Source: an uncultured Clostridium sp.
GTDB taxonomy: Bacteria > Bacillota > Clostridia > TANB77 > CAG-508
DNA length: 34,270 nt
Assembly: GCA_945874585.1 (NCBI GenBank)
Contig: CAMCHB010000001.1
Span: 1 to 34,270 of the forward strand
Direction: 5' to 3'
Position 1 is the stretch's first letter. Each line of letters begins with the position of its first letter. The translations under genes and the position numbers were made by a program. The notes beneath the pieces were generated by a model. That model ran no database searches. It was not told where the DNA came from and was given only the letters and a program-made list of their open reading frames with translations. Positions 17,855 to 26,475 of the stretch are shown one piece after another.

Positions 17855-18964
17855 ATGTTTGAAAAATTTTTTGGAAAAAAGAAATCGATTCAACGAGAAA
17901 TGATGATAGGAATTTTGGTGATTGTAATTCTGGTAACGATTTTTTCATCGGTTGGTTTTTACATATTTGTGCATCAGGAAATTGCTAAAATTGTAACAAT
18001 TGATATTCAAAATAACGAAGAGCTAGAAGGTCTATTTTCCGTCATTCGAAGAGGAATTATTATCATTTTGATCAATACAGTTATTATTAGCAGTGCTATT
18101 ATTCAATTAGCCAGTAAAAAAATATTGGGACCTTTGGAAAAAATGATGGATGCCACGAAAAAGGTGGCAGAAGGAGATTTTGAAGTTCGCTTGGAAACGC
18201 AAAGAAAGGACGAAATTCAGGATTTGACCAATAATTTTAATCATATGGTAAAGGAATTGGGTGAAACCGAACTATTGCAAAAGGATTTTATTGATAATGT
18301 GTCACATGAAATTAAAACCCCCATTAACTCGATACAGGGATTTGCCAAGTTATTGGATGATGTAAATTTAAGCCAGGAGGAAAGAAAAGAATACGTAGAT
18401 ATTATTGTGGAAGAGTCTAATCGTATTTTGGATTTGTCTAGTAATATTTTGAAATTGTCTAAATTACAGCATCAAGATAAGATTACGAAAAAGGAACAAG
18501 TGGATATTGCCGAGCAATTGCGTAAGGCTGTAGTACTACTAGAGCCAAAATGGAAAGAAAAACAAATTGAGATTTTGGTAAATCTTCAGCAATATTATTT
18601 TGCGGGAGATGAAGAATTGCTATTACAGGTATGGACGAATTTACTAGATAATGCGATTAAATTTTCTCACCCAAAAGGAAGAATTGTGATAGCAACTGCG
18701 AAAAAAGAAGATCATTTGATGATTCAAATGCAAGATAATGGAATTGGTATGAAACCAGAAGAATTAGAGAAAATATATACTAGATTTTATCAAGTGGATC
18801 AATCCCATTCAGGTGAAGGAAGCGGACTAGGACTAGCAATTGTAAAGCGTATTGTAGAATTATCCAAAGGAACCATTCAATTTACTTCCAAAGAGGGAGA
18901 AGGAACAACGGTTACCATTACCTTGCCACTTATCGAAAAACAAAATAAAATATGGATTCGTTAA
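17855..18964 (+). CDS. HAMP-domain sensor histidine kinase with a minimal extracytoplasmic loop (intramembrane-sensing type)
   Basis: TM1 MMIGILVIVILVTIFSSVGFYIFV, a ~27 aa loop, TM2 GIIIILINTVIISSAIIQLA, and HAMP (PLEKMMDATKKVAEGDFEVRLE). H-box SHEIKTP, N-box LLDNAIKFS, G1 DNGIGM, G2 GSGLGLAI. Preferred start is ATG 17855, just after the regulator's stop and SD AAAGGA; the track start 17828 overlaps the regulator gene. Confidence 0.92.
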   Translation: MFEKFFGKKKSIQREMMIGILVIVILVTIFSSVGFYIFVHQEIAKIVTIDIQNNEELEGLFSVIRRGIIIILINTVIISSAIIQLASKKILGPLEKMMDATKKVAEGDFEVRLETQRKDEIQDLTNNFNHMVKELGETELLQKDFIDNVSHEIKTPINSIQGFAKLLDDVNLSQEERKEYVDIIVEESNRILDLSSNILKLSKLQHQDKITKKEQVDIAEQLRKAVVLLEPKWKEKQIEILVNLQQYYFAGDEELLLQVWTNLLDNAIKFSHPKGRIVIATAKKEDHLMIQMQDNGIGMKPEELEKIYTRFYQVDQSHSGEGSGLGLAIVKRIVELSKGTIQFTSKEGEGTTVTITLPLIEKQNKIWIR

Positions 18965-18992
18965 AAAGGTATAGTAATTTGGACAAAATTCT

Positions 18993-19012
18993 GTTAGAAT
19001 AGGTTAGAATAA
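18993..19012. repeat. Tandem direct repeat GTTAGAATA x2 with 10-bp phasing
   Basis: GTTAGAATAgGTTAGAATAa sits in the intergenic region between the kinase stop (18964) and the tcdA start. Confidence 0.5.
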
Positions 19013-19040
19013 ATTTGTAATAGAAATGGAAGTTAGGAAC

Positions 19041-19808
19041 ATGTTAAATCAATTTTCAAGGACAGAATTACTAATTGGAAAAGAAGGCGTGGAAACATTA
19101 CACAAAGCTAAGGTAGCCATTTTTGGAATTGGCGGTGTTGGCTCATTTGTAGTGGAAGGATTGGTTAGAGCTGGGGTAGAGCATTTTGTTTTAGTAGATG
19201 ATGATAAAATTTGCTTGACCAATTTAAATCGTCAAATTATTGCAAATCGCAACACAATTGGAAAATATAAAGTAGAAGAGATGAAAGAGCGTATCTTATC
19301 AATCAATCCAAAAGCAACGGTAGAAACCCATCAAGAATTTTATATGCCAGATACAGATACCGAAATTTTGACAAAGGATATTGATTATATTGTCGATGCC
19401 GTGGATACGGTGACAGCTAAGATTGCACTTGTTACCAAAGCCAATGCGTTAGATATTCCGATTATATCAGCAATGGGAACAGGCAATAAATTAGACCCAA
19501 CGCGTTTTGAAATAGCAGATATTTATCAAACCAAAATATGCCCATTGGCCAAAGTGATGAGAAGAGAATTACGAAAAAGGGGTGTTTCCCATTTGAAGGT
19601 TCTTTATTCACAAGAAGAGCCATTGCAACCAATTCAATTGGAAGAAAACAGCTGTAAAACGCATTGTATTTGTCCGCCAGAAACCAAAAGAAAATGCGAT
19701 AGACGTAATCAAGTCCCAGGCAGTATTTCTTTTGTACCATCTGTGGCAGGACTAATCATAGCAGGAGAAGTGGTCAAAGACATTTTGAAAAAAATAAAAC
19801 AAAAATAG
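19041..19808 (+). CDS. tcdA: tRNA threonylcarbamoyladenosine dehydratase TcdA (ThiF/MoeB E1-like family)
   Basis: FSRTELLIGKEGVETLHKAKVAIFGIGGVGS (Rossmann GxGxxG), DDDKICLTNLNRQ, and TcdA-type C-terminus PGSISFVPSVAGLIIAGEVVKDIL. The start is ambiguous between ATG 19026 and ATG 19041. Confidence 0.88.
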   Translation: MLNQFSRTELLIGKEGVETLHKAKVAIFGIGGVGSFVVEGLVRAGVEHFVLVDDDKICLTNLNRQIIANRNTIGKYKVEEMKERILSINPKATVETHQEFYMPDTDTEILTKDIDYIVDAVDTVTAKIALVTKANALDIPIISAMGTGNKLDPTRFEIADIYQTKICPLAKVMRRELRKRGVSHLKVLYSQEEPLQPIQLEENSCKTHCICPPETKRKCDRRNQVPGSISFVPSVAGLIIAGEVVKDILKKIKQK

Positions 19809-19850
19809 ATGAAAACGAATCTTAGTTTTCATCTATTTTTGTTTTTTTCT
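19806..19850. terminator. Bidirectional rho-independent terminator between convergent tcdA and mutS2
   Basis: Perfect 10-bp stem AGATGAAAAC (19807-19816) / GTTTTCATCT (19825-19834) with an 8-nt loop. ATTTTTGTTTTTTT follows on the + strand and AAAAA precedes the stem, giving a U-tract for the - strand. Confidence 0.75.
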
Positions 19851-22176
19851 ATAGTTCAACAATTGTTACACCAGTATCTCCTTCGCCAATACCACCTAGA
19901 CGAAAAGAACGAACACGAGGATTTTTTTTCAAATATTGGTGAATTCCTTTGCGAAGAGTACCAGTTCCTTTTCCATGTACAATACGAATTTCATGGACAT
20001 GAGCTAAAATGGCGTCGTCCATGTATTTATCTAAGAGATAAACGGCATCGTCCACGGTATAACCAATAACATTTATTTCACTTGAAAAATGTTTGGATTT
20101 GGAAGTGGTATACGAGCTAGAAATCGTTTGTTTTTGCTTTTTAGAAGAAGGAGCAATTGCCAAGTCGCTTAATTTTACATTCATTTTCATACTGCCAATT
20201 TGCACTTGAACCAGATTTTCTTTATTGGGTAAACTTCGCAAAATACCTGTTTGGTGCAAAGATGAAATGGTAACATCCATTCCAATTTTTAATTGGTTGG
20301 GATCTAATGTTGGTATTTTTGAGGAAGCAGTAGGAGTATACAATTTTTTCATTTCTGTATGCAATTTTGCTTTCACATGAGAAAGTTCAGCAGATGAGGA
20401 AGCAGAAAGCTGCTTTCGAATAGCATCTGTTTCTTCTTGGGTCTGAAGCAATAATTGATGGGCTTCTAATTTGGCTTTTGCAAGGATTTCTTCTTTTTTT
20501 TCTTGCCATTGTTGTTGTTCTGTTTGAAGATTTCCTTTTAAGTTTTGGGCCTCAGCTAATAATTGGTCTGTTAATTTTTTTTCATTTTCCATTTGTGCTT
20601 TTTGTTGGTAGATGTTTTGAATCAAATCCTCAACATTGGTGCTTTCTTGACTCAAACGAGATTTGGCATTGTCCAAAATGGAAACAGGCAATCCTAATTT
20701 TTGACTGATGGCAAAGGCCATACTTTTACCAGGCACACCAATCAAAAGATGGTAAGTAGGAGATAGCGTTTGAATATCGAATTCACAACTTGCGTTTTCA
20801 AAACCAGGATGTGTTAAGGCGTAATTTTTTACTTCAGGATAATGCGTAGTGGCTAAAGTAAGGGCATGTTTTTGATGCCAATATTCGAGTAAGCTAACAG
20901 CAAGACAAGAACCTTCAATCGGGTCTGTGCCAGCACCTAATTCATCTACTAAGATAAGGCTGTTAGCAGTTGCTTTTTTCACGATTTGAATAATGTTTGT
21001 CATATGAGCAGAAAAGGTACTAAGGGATTCGGCAATGCTTTGTAAATCGCCGATATCAGCAAAAACTTGATCAAATACATAGATACCGCTGGACTCTTTG
21101 GCTGGAATATATAAACCACAAATTGCCATAATGGTTAGCAGTCCCACTGTTTTTAGAGTCACTGTTTTACCACCAGTGTTAGGGCCTGTAATGACCAAAG
21201 ATGAATAGTTGTGACCGATTTCAAAATCGATAGGAACTACTTTTTGTGGGTCAAGTAAGGGATGTCTAGCTTGCTTTAAGATAATTTGAGGGGCATCTAG
21301 AAGAAGTGGTTCTGTTGCGTGGATGTGTTGACCATAGTGAGCTTTGGCAAAGGCAAAGTCAATTTGGCCAATGCTTGTAACATCATTTGAAAGAGCTTCT
21401 GTCATAGGATAAAAAAGAGAGGATAAGTGTTTTAATATTTTTTCAATTTCTGCTTTTTCTTTGACCTGAAGAGAAGCTAGTTCATTGTTTAATTCAAATA
21501 CAGAGATGGGTTCGATAAAGACAGTAGAGCCACTGGCTGAAACATCGTGTACCAATCCTTTGATTTCACTTCGGTATTCTTGTTTTACTGGAATAACAAA
21601 ACGATGATTGCGAATGGTAATAATGGGTTCTTGTATTTGTTTTTTATTCAAAAAGGAAGCAAGTTGTGTACGAATGGTCTCTTCAATGGAGCGCATTTGA
21701 CTGCGAATACGGTACAATTCCTCTGAAGCATGATCTTCCACGTGTTCTTCTGATACGATGGATTTTAAAACGGCCTGTTCAACAGATGCGTTGGTGTACA
21801 AAGCATCAAAATAGGATGAAAGAATGGTTAAATCGGATAAATCGACATCTTCATTCGTAGCATACTGTTTTAATTCACGTGCCATGGTTAGAATATGGGC
21901 TAGGTCTAATAATTGTTGGCAAGAAAGGGTTCCTTCTCCTATTAAGATTTTTAAATGAGTTTGAATAGGGGGCATAGAGTCAAGTGGTGGATTTCCTTTT
22001 CGCAAACTAAAAATAGTGGCTTCGGTGGTTTCTTGAAGTAAAAATCGAGTGGATTCTTTTTGAAACAATGGAACCAATGAAAGACACGCTTTTTTTCCCC
22101 ATTCGGTAATAGCATATTGGCTTAAAGTGGCCGTAATCTGGTCGAATTCTAATTTTTCTAGTAATTTTGTTGACAT
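19849..22176 (-). CDS. mutS2: Endonuclease MutS2 (MutS-family ATPase with C-terminal Smr domain)
   Basis: Walker A GPNTGGKT, Walker B LVDELGAGTDP, a coiled-coil linker, and the Smr domain (EINVIGYTVDDAV...IRIVHGKGTGTLRKGIHQYLKKNPRV). Confidence 0.95.
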   Translation of the reverse strand: MSTKLLEKLEFDQITATLSQYAITEWGKKACLSLVPLFQKESTRFLLQETTEATIFSLRKGNPPLDSMPPIQTHLKILIGEGTLSCQQLLDLAHILTMARELKQYATNEDVDLSDLTILSSYFDALYTNASVEQAVLKSIVSEEHVEDHASEELYRIRSQMRSIEETIRTQLASFLNKKQIQEPIITIRNHRFVIPVKQEYRSEIKGLVHDVSASGSTVFIEPISVFELNNELASLQVKEKAEIEKILKHLSSLFYPMTEALSNDVTSIGQIDFAFAKAHYGQHIHATEPLLLDAPQIILKQARHPLLDPQKVVPIDFEIGHNYSSLVITGPNTGGKTVTLKTVGLLTIMAICGLYIPAKESSGIYVFDQVFADIGDLQSIAESLSTFSAHMTNIIQIVKKATANSLILVDELGAGTDPIEGSCLAVSLLEYWHQKHALTLATTHYPEVKNYALTHPGFENASCEFDIQTLSPTYHLLIGVPGKSMAFAISQKLGLPVSILDNAKSRLSQESTNVEDLIQNIYQQKAQMENEKKLTDQLLAEAQNLKGNLQTEQQQWQEKKEEILAKAKLEAHQLLLQTQEETDAIRKQLSASSSAELSHVKAKLHTEMKKLYTPTASSKIPTLDPNQLKIGMDVTISSLHQTGILRSLPNKENLVQVQIGSMKMNVKLSDLAIAPSSKKQKQTISSSYTTSKSKHFSSEINVIGYTVDDAVYLLDKYMDDAILAHVHEIRIVHGKGTGTLRKGIHQYLKKNPRVRSFRLGGIGEGDTGVTIVEL

Positions 22177-22203
22177 GATTCATCTCTCCTTGTATTATGC
22201 AAT

Positions 22204-22232
22204 ATTATATGGTAAATCCTTGCTATGGTCAA
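22204..22232 (-). promoter_or_regulatory. Sigma-A promoter for mutS2
   Basis: The minus strand reads TTGACC, a 17-nt spacer (ATAGCAAGGATTTACCA), then TATAAT. SD AGGAGAG and the ATG at 22176 follow downstream. Confidence 0.6.
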
Positions 22233-22386
22233 GAGTGAGGAAAAATAAGATTTTGGTTATGAACAAAGTGGTATAAGAGGTGATACAACAGATATACAAG
22301 ATAGATATAGCAAAGGTGCTTTTCGAGCAATACCAGACCCAGATTTTGTCAATCATTTTTGAAAATGTCTTAAAAATTTTTATTTA

Positions 22387-22415
22387 TTAGCACTAAATTT
22401 TTTGTTTAGTGCTAA
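22387..22415. promoter_or_regulatory. CIRCE-like perfect inverted repeat (possible HrcA-type operator or RNA hairpin)
   Basis: TTAGCACTAAA-ttttttg-TTTAGTGCTAA has 11-bp perfect arms. The outer 8 nt of each arm are identical to the CIRCE consensus TTAGCACTC-N9-GAGTGCTAA, but the element is 29 nt long rather than 27. Confidence 0.5.
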
Positions 22416-22447
22416 TATTTTTATGCGACTTTTTCCTAAATGATTTA

Positions 22448-22476
22448 TTAAGACATTATCATAAATGAATTATAAT
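22448..22476 (+). promoter_or_regulatory. Candidate sigma-A promoter for lepA
   Basis: TTAAGA (22448-22453), 17-nt spacer, TATAAT (22471-22476), about 75 nt upstream of the lepA ATG. Confidence 0.5.
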
Positions 22477-22550
22477 TAAGGGTAGAAAAACGGAGAAACT
22501 ACTAGTAAGAAATAGGAAAATATGATATACTAACACTCATGGAGGAGAGA

Positions 22551-24365
22551 ATGGAAGATAAACAAAAAAATATTCGAAATTTTAGCATTATAGCCCATAT
22601 TGATCATGGAAAGTCAACACTGGCAGACCGTATGATTGAAATGACAGGTGCTTTATCGGAAAGAGAAATGGAAGCACAGGTTTTGGACAATATGGATATT
22701 GAACGTGAAAGAGGAATCACCATTAAATCACAAGCTGTTCGTATGAAATACAAAGCCAAAAATGGACAAGAATATATTTTTAATTTGATTGATACACCAG
22801 GACATGTAGATTTTAATTATGAAGTTTCCAGAAGTTTAGCAGCCTGTGAGGGTGCTGTTTTAGTAGTGGATAGTAGCCAAGGAATCGAAGCACAAACGTT
22901 AGCCAATGTGTATTTAGCTTTGGATAACAATTTGGAAATCGTTCCGGTTTTAAATAAAGTAGATTTACCAAATGCAAGACCAGATGAAGTCAAACAAGAA
23001 ATTGAGGATGTGATTGGAATACCAGCAGAAGATGCACCTTGCATATCAGCTAAAACAGGTTATCACGTTGACCAAGTGCTAGAACGCATTGTAACGGATA
23101 TTCCATGTCCAACAGGAGACAAACAAGCACCACTACAATGCTTGATTTTTGATTCTTTTTATGACAATTACAAGGGCGCTGTTAGTTATGTGCGTGTCAA
23201 AAATGGAACGGTAGCTGTTGGAGATGAAATTTTGTATATGGCAACCGGGAAAAAATTTACCGTAACAGAAGTTGGCTATTTTGGAGCAGGTCGTTATATA
23301 CCAAACCAAACTTTAGAGGCAGGCGAAGTTGGTTATATAGCTGCTAGCGTAAAAAATGTTTGCGATGTACATGTAGGTGATACCATTACCAAAGCCGAGA
23401 ATCCAGCTAAAAGTCCATTACCAGGGTATAAAAAGGCCAATTCCATGGTATATTGTGGACTATATCCACTCGATGGCAGTGAATACGATAATTTGAAAAT
23501 GGCACTAGAAAAATTAAAATTAAATGATGCAGCTTTAAATTATGAACCAGAAACATCTATTGCACTTGGGTTTGGGTTTCGTTGTGGCTTTTTGGGCTTA
23601 TTGCATTTGGAAATTATACAAGAGCGCTTGGATCGAGAGTTTCACATTGGTCTGATTACAACAGCTCCATCGGTTATTTATAAAGTACACAAAACCAATG
23701 GAGAAGTGCTCGATCTATACAATCCAGCAGATTTGCCTCAAACATCTGAAATTAGCTATTTGGAAGAACCAATTGTTAAGGCAGAAATTATGCTTCCAAA
23801 AGAATTTGTGGGCAATGTGATGAAAGTTTGCCAAGATAGACGAGGAGTCTATTTGGATATGAAATATTTGGATCAAAACAGAGTGATTTTATCTTATGAA
23901 TTACCACTAAATGAAATCATTTATGACTTTTTTGATACTCTGAAATCCAAAACAAAAGGGTATGCTTCTTTTGATTATGAATTTTTGGAATACCGCAAAG
24001 CAGATTTGGTAAAACTAGATATTCATATCAATGGGGAAGCGGTAGATGCTTTATCTTTTATTGTGCATCGCCAAACTGCCTATGAACGTGGCAAGAAAAT
24101 GATTGAAAAACTCAAAACAGTGATTCCAAGGCAATTATTTGAAATTCCTTTGCAAGCTGTGATTGGAGGAAAAATTATTGCACGTCAAACCATTTCGGCT
24201 ATGCGCAAAGATGTACTTGCGAAATGCTATGGTGGTGATATTACCAGAAAGAAAAAGCTATTGGAAAAACAGAAAAAAGGCAAGAAAAAAATGCGTCAAA
24301 TTGGCAATGTTGAGATTCCACAAGAAGCATTTTTATCAGTATTGAAATTAGATGATGAATCTTAA
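22551..24365 (+). CDS. lepA: Translation elongation factor 4 (LepA)
   Basis: [20 protein letters not shown] (G1), DTPGHVDF (G3), NKVDL (G4), and the LepA-specific C-terminal domain ([24 protein letters not shown]). Preferred start is ATG 22551 after SD GGAGGAG; the track start is 22539. Confidence 0.95.
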   Translation: MEDKQKNIRNFSIIAHIDHGKSTLADRMIEMTGALSEREMEAQVLDNMDIERERGITIKSQAVRMKYKAKNGQEYIFNLIDTPGHVDFNYEVSRSLAACEGAVLVVDSSQGIEAQTLANVYLALDNNLEIVPVLNKVDLPNARPDEVKQEIEDVIGIPAEDAPCISAKTGYHVDQVLERIVTDIPCPTGDKQAPLQCLIFDSFYDNYKGAVSYVRVKNGTVAVGDEILYMATGKKFTVTEVGYFGAGRYIPNQTLEAGEVGYIAASVKNVCDVHVGDTITKAENPAKSPLPGYKKANSMVYCGLYPLDGSEYDNLKMALEKLKLNDAALNYEPETSIALGFGFRCGFLGLLHLEIIQERLDREFHIGLITTAPSVIYKVHKTNGEVLDLYNPADLPQTSEISYLEEPIVKAEIMLPKEFVGNVMKVCQDRRGVYLDMKYLDQNRVILSYELPLNEIIYDFFDTLKSKTKGYASFDYEFLEYRKADLVKLDIHINGEAVDALSFIVHRQTAYERGKKMIEKLKTVIPRQLFEIPLQAVIGGKIIARQTISAMRKDVLAKCYGGDITRKKKLLEKQKKGKKKMRQIGNVEIPQEAFLSVLKLDDES

Positions 24366-24378
24366 AAAGGAGAAGAAA

Positions 24379-25125
24379 ATGGAAAAAGAGAATTATCAGG
24401 ATCAAATTGAAGGAAGAAATGCGGTATTGGAGTTGTTAAATTCAGACCGTGAAATCAATAAAATTTTAATTCAAACCGGAGAAAAACATGGTTCTATTCG
24501 TAAAATCATAGCGGTTGCAAAAGAAAAGAAAGTGTTGGTTCAGATGGTTGATAAAAACAAAATGGAGCATATGGCACAGACCCCAAGTTACCAAGGGGTA
24601 ATTGCCATGGTAGCACCTTTTCATTATGCGACCATTGAGGATATTTTACAAGAAGCAAAAAATCGTCAAGAAGATCCATTGGTTGTTATTTTGGATGGAA
24701 TTGAAGATGTACACAATTTAGGTTCTATTATTCGTACAGCTGAAACAGCCGGTGTACATGGCGTCATTATTCCAAAAAGAAGAGCTGCTAGTGTGAATGC
24801 TACTGTTGTAAAAACATCAGCAGGAGCGGTTCAGTATATGAAGGTGGCAAGAGTGAACAATTTAAATGATGCGATTAGCCAGTTACAAGAAAAGGGCTTA
24901 TGGATTATTGGAACCGATATGGCAGTCAAGACAAAATATTATGAACAAGATTGGAAAGGACCAATGGGTATCGTGATTGGAAACGAAGGAACTGGCATGA
25001 GTCAATTGGTAAAAAAACATTGCGACGGATTGGTTCATATTCCGATGAAAGGAAAAATTGATTCTTTAAATGCATCTGTATCAGCTGGTATTGTTTTATA
25101 TGAAGCCTTAAAACAAAGAGGATAA
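24379..25125 (+). CDS. rlmB: 23S rRNA (guanosine-2'-O)-methyltransferase, RlmB/TrmH (SpoU) family
   Basis: N-terminal substrate-binding domain (IEGRNAVLELL), and SpoU motifs LDGIEDVHNLGSIIRTAE, VIGNEGTGMS and IPMKGKIDSLNASVSAGIVLYE. Preferred start is ATG 24379 after SD AAGGAGAAG. Confidence 0.88.
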   Translation: MEKENYQDQIEGRNAVLELLNSDREINKILIQTGEKHGSIRKIIAVAKEKKVLVQMVDKNKMEHMAQTPSYQGVIAMVAPFHYATIEDILQEAKNRQEDPLVVILDGIEDVHNLGSIIRTAETAGVHGVIIPKRRAASVNATVVKTSAGAVQYMKVARVNNLNDAISQLQEKGLWIIGTDMAVKTKYYEQDWKGPMGIVIGNEGTGMSQLVKKHCDGLVHIPMKGKIDSLNASVSAGIVLYEALKQRG

Positions 25126-25183
25126 AAAGAAAAAGCATGGGCACAATAAATGTAAGCTCATGCTAACTTTTTGCCCAAAATCA

Positions 25184-25212
25184 TTGACAAATGTCGAAGA
25201 ATGTAATATGAT
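25184..25212 (+). promoter_or_regulatory. Sigma-A promoter of the regulator-suf operon
   Basis: Consensus TTGACA (25184-25189), 17-nt spacer, TATGAT (25207-25212). Confidence 0.6.
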
Positions 25213-25229
25213 GTTAGCGCAGCCTAACA
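25212..25229. promoter_or_regulatory. Palindromic candidate operator overlapping the -10/+1 region
   Basis: TGTTAG-cgcagc-CTAACA (6-6-6). The half-site core GTTAG/CTAAC is the same as in DtxR/IdeR iron boxes, but the arm spacing is wider. Confidence 0.4.
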
Positions 25230-25243
25230 AAGAGAGGTGAATT

Positions 25244-25724
25244 ATGGAACTTACGAATTCCTTAGAAGAGTATTTAAAAACGATGTATGTATTACAAAAT
25301 ACAGAAGGTCAGATTCGTGTAACCGATATTGCACGTAAATTGGATTGTACCAAACCGAGTGTTAACCGTGCTCTGAACACCTTAAAATCCAATGGACTTG
25401 TTCACTATGAGGCATATGGAAAAATTGCATTAACACGGAGAAGGAACCAAAAAGGCGAAAGCCATTATGAAACGATACGATACCTTAAAATTGTTCTTGC
25501 ATGAAGTCATTGGAGTTGAGGAAAAAAGGGCAGAAACAGAAGCTGACCTAATGAAACACAATGTTTCAGAAGATACGATTCAAAAATTAGAACATTATAT
25601 CAAAGAAATGTTAGATTTAAACGATTTGCATTGTTGCTATGATGAAACAAGTACGAAATGCAAACAATGCCATAAAATAGAGACAAGAATGCGTATAAAA
25701 AATAAAATAGAGAAAGGAAAATAA
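25244..25724 (+). pseudogene. DtxR/MntR-family transcriptional regulator with a C-terminal four-Cys tail, split by an apparent 1-nt insertion near nt 25436 (pseudogene or sequence error)
   Basis: ORF 25244..25504 encodes the wHTH (SLEEYLKTMYVLQNTEGQIRVTDIARKLDCTKPSVNRALNTLKSNGLVHYEAYGKIALT) and then runs into unrelated residues. The +1 frame, from 25437, reads GEGTKKAKAIMKRYDTLKLFLHEVIGVEEKRAETEADLMKHNVSEDTIQKLEHYI. This aligns colinearly with B. subtilis MntR [34 protein letters not shown]...IEHHLS. The protein ends ...HCCYDETSTKCKQCHK. Confidence 0.75.
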
Positions 25725-25728
25725 CCAA

Positions 25729-26472
25729 ATGGAGAATACATTATTAAACATTCAAAATATACACGCTAGTGTAGGAAAAAAGGAAATCCTAAAAGGATTG
25801 GATTTAAAAATTAACAAAGGCGAGGTACATGTTATCATGGGACCAAATGGAGCAGGAAAATCTACTTTGGCTAATGTCATTTTAAATAATCCTATGTATG
25901 TCAAAACCGAAGGAACTATTACATTTGATGGAGATGATATCACCCATTTAAGAACCGACGAAATTGCCAAAAAAGGTGTTTTCATGTCTTTTCAATCACC
26001 AGAAGAAATACCTGGTATTTCTGTTACCAATTTCTTAAAATATGCTAGACACAATATTACAGGAGAACCAGTTAAGATTTTCGCCTTTAAAGAAGAATTA
26101 AGAAAGTATATGGAAGAATTACACATCAATCCTAAATATATGGAAAGAAGCTTGAATGTTGGCTTTTCCGGAGGAGAAAAAAAGAAAAATGAAATTCTTC
26201 AAATGCTTGTTTTAAAGCCAAAATTAGCTATCTTAGATGAAACAGATTCAGGGCTAGACGTGGATGCTATCCAAACCGTTTCAAAAGGAATTGAAATGTT
26301 TAAAAAGGATGACAATGCTATTTTGATTATTACACATGGTACCAAAATATTAAAAGAATTGCATGTTGATTATGTTCATGTTTTAGTGGATGGCAAAATT
26401 GTCACAACCAGCAATGGGGATTTGGCAGCTGAAATTGAAGAAGAAGGATATAAAAAATATAGAAAGGCGTAG
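25729..26472 (+). CDS. sufC: Fe-S cluster assembly ATPase SufC
   Basis: Walker A GPNGAGKST, ABC signature FSGGEKKK, Walker B AILDETDSGLD, and H-loop ITHG. Gene order is sufC-B-D-S-U. Confidence 0.95.
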   Translation: MENTLLNIQNIHASVGKKEILKGLDLKINKGEVHVIMGPNGAGKSTLANVILNNPMYVKTEGTITFDGDDITHLRTDEIAKKGVFMSFQSPEEIPGISVTNFLKYARHNITGEPVKIFAFKEELRKYMEELHINPKYMERSLNVGFSGGEKKKNEILQMLVLKPKLAILDETDSGLDVDAIQTVSKGIEMFKKDDNAILIITHGTKILKELHVDYVHVLVDGKIVTTSNGDLAAEIEEEGYKKYRKA

Positions 26473-26475
26473 AAA

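Noticed and set aside
19809-20069. 86 aa + strand ORF starting right after tcdA
   Set aside because: It begins inside the bidirectional terminator hairpin and is antisense to the conserved Smr domain of mutS2. It has no SD.
1592-24378. N-terminal extensions of track ORFs (starts at 1592, 15143, 17828, 22539, 24352)
   Set aside because: In each case an internal in-frame ATG sits at proper distance from a clear SD and gives a family-typical N-terminus. The longer form has no SD or overlaps the upstream gene.
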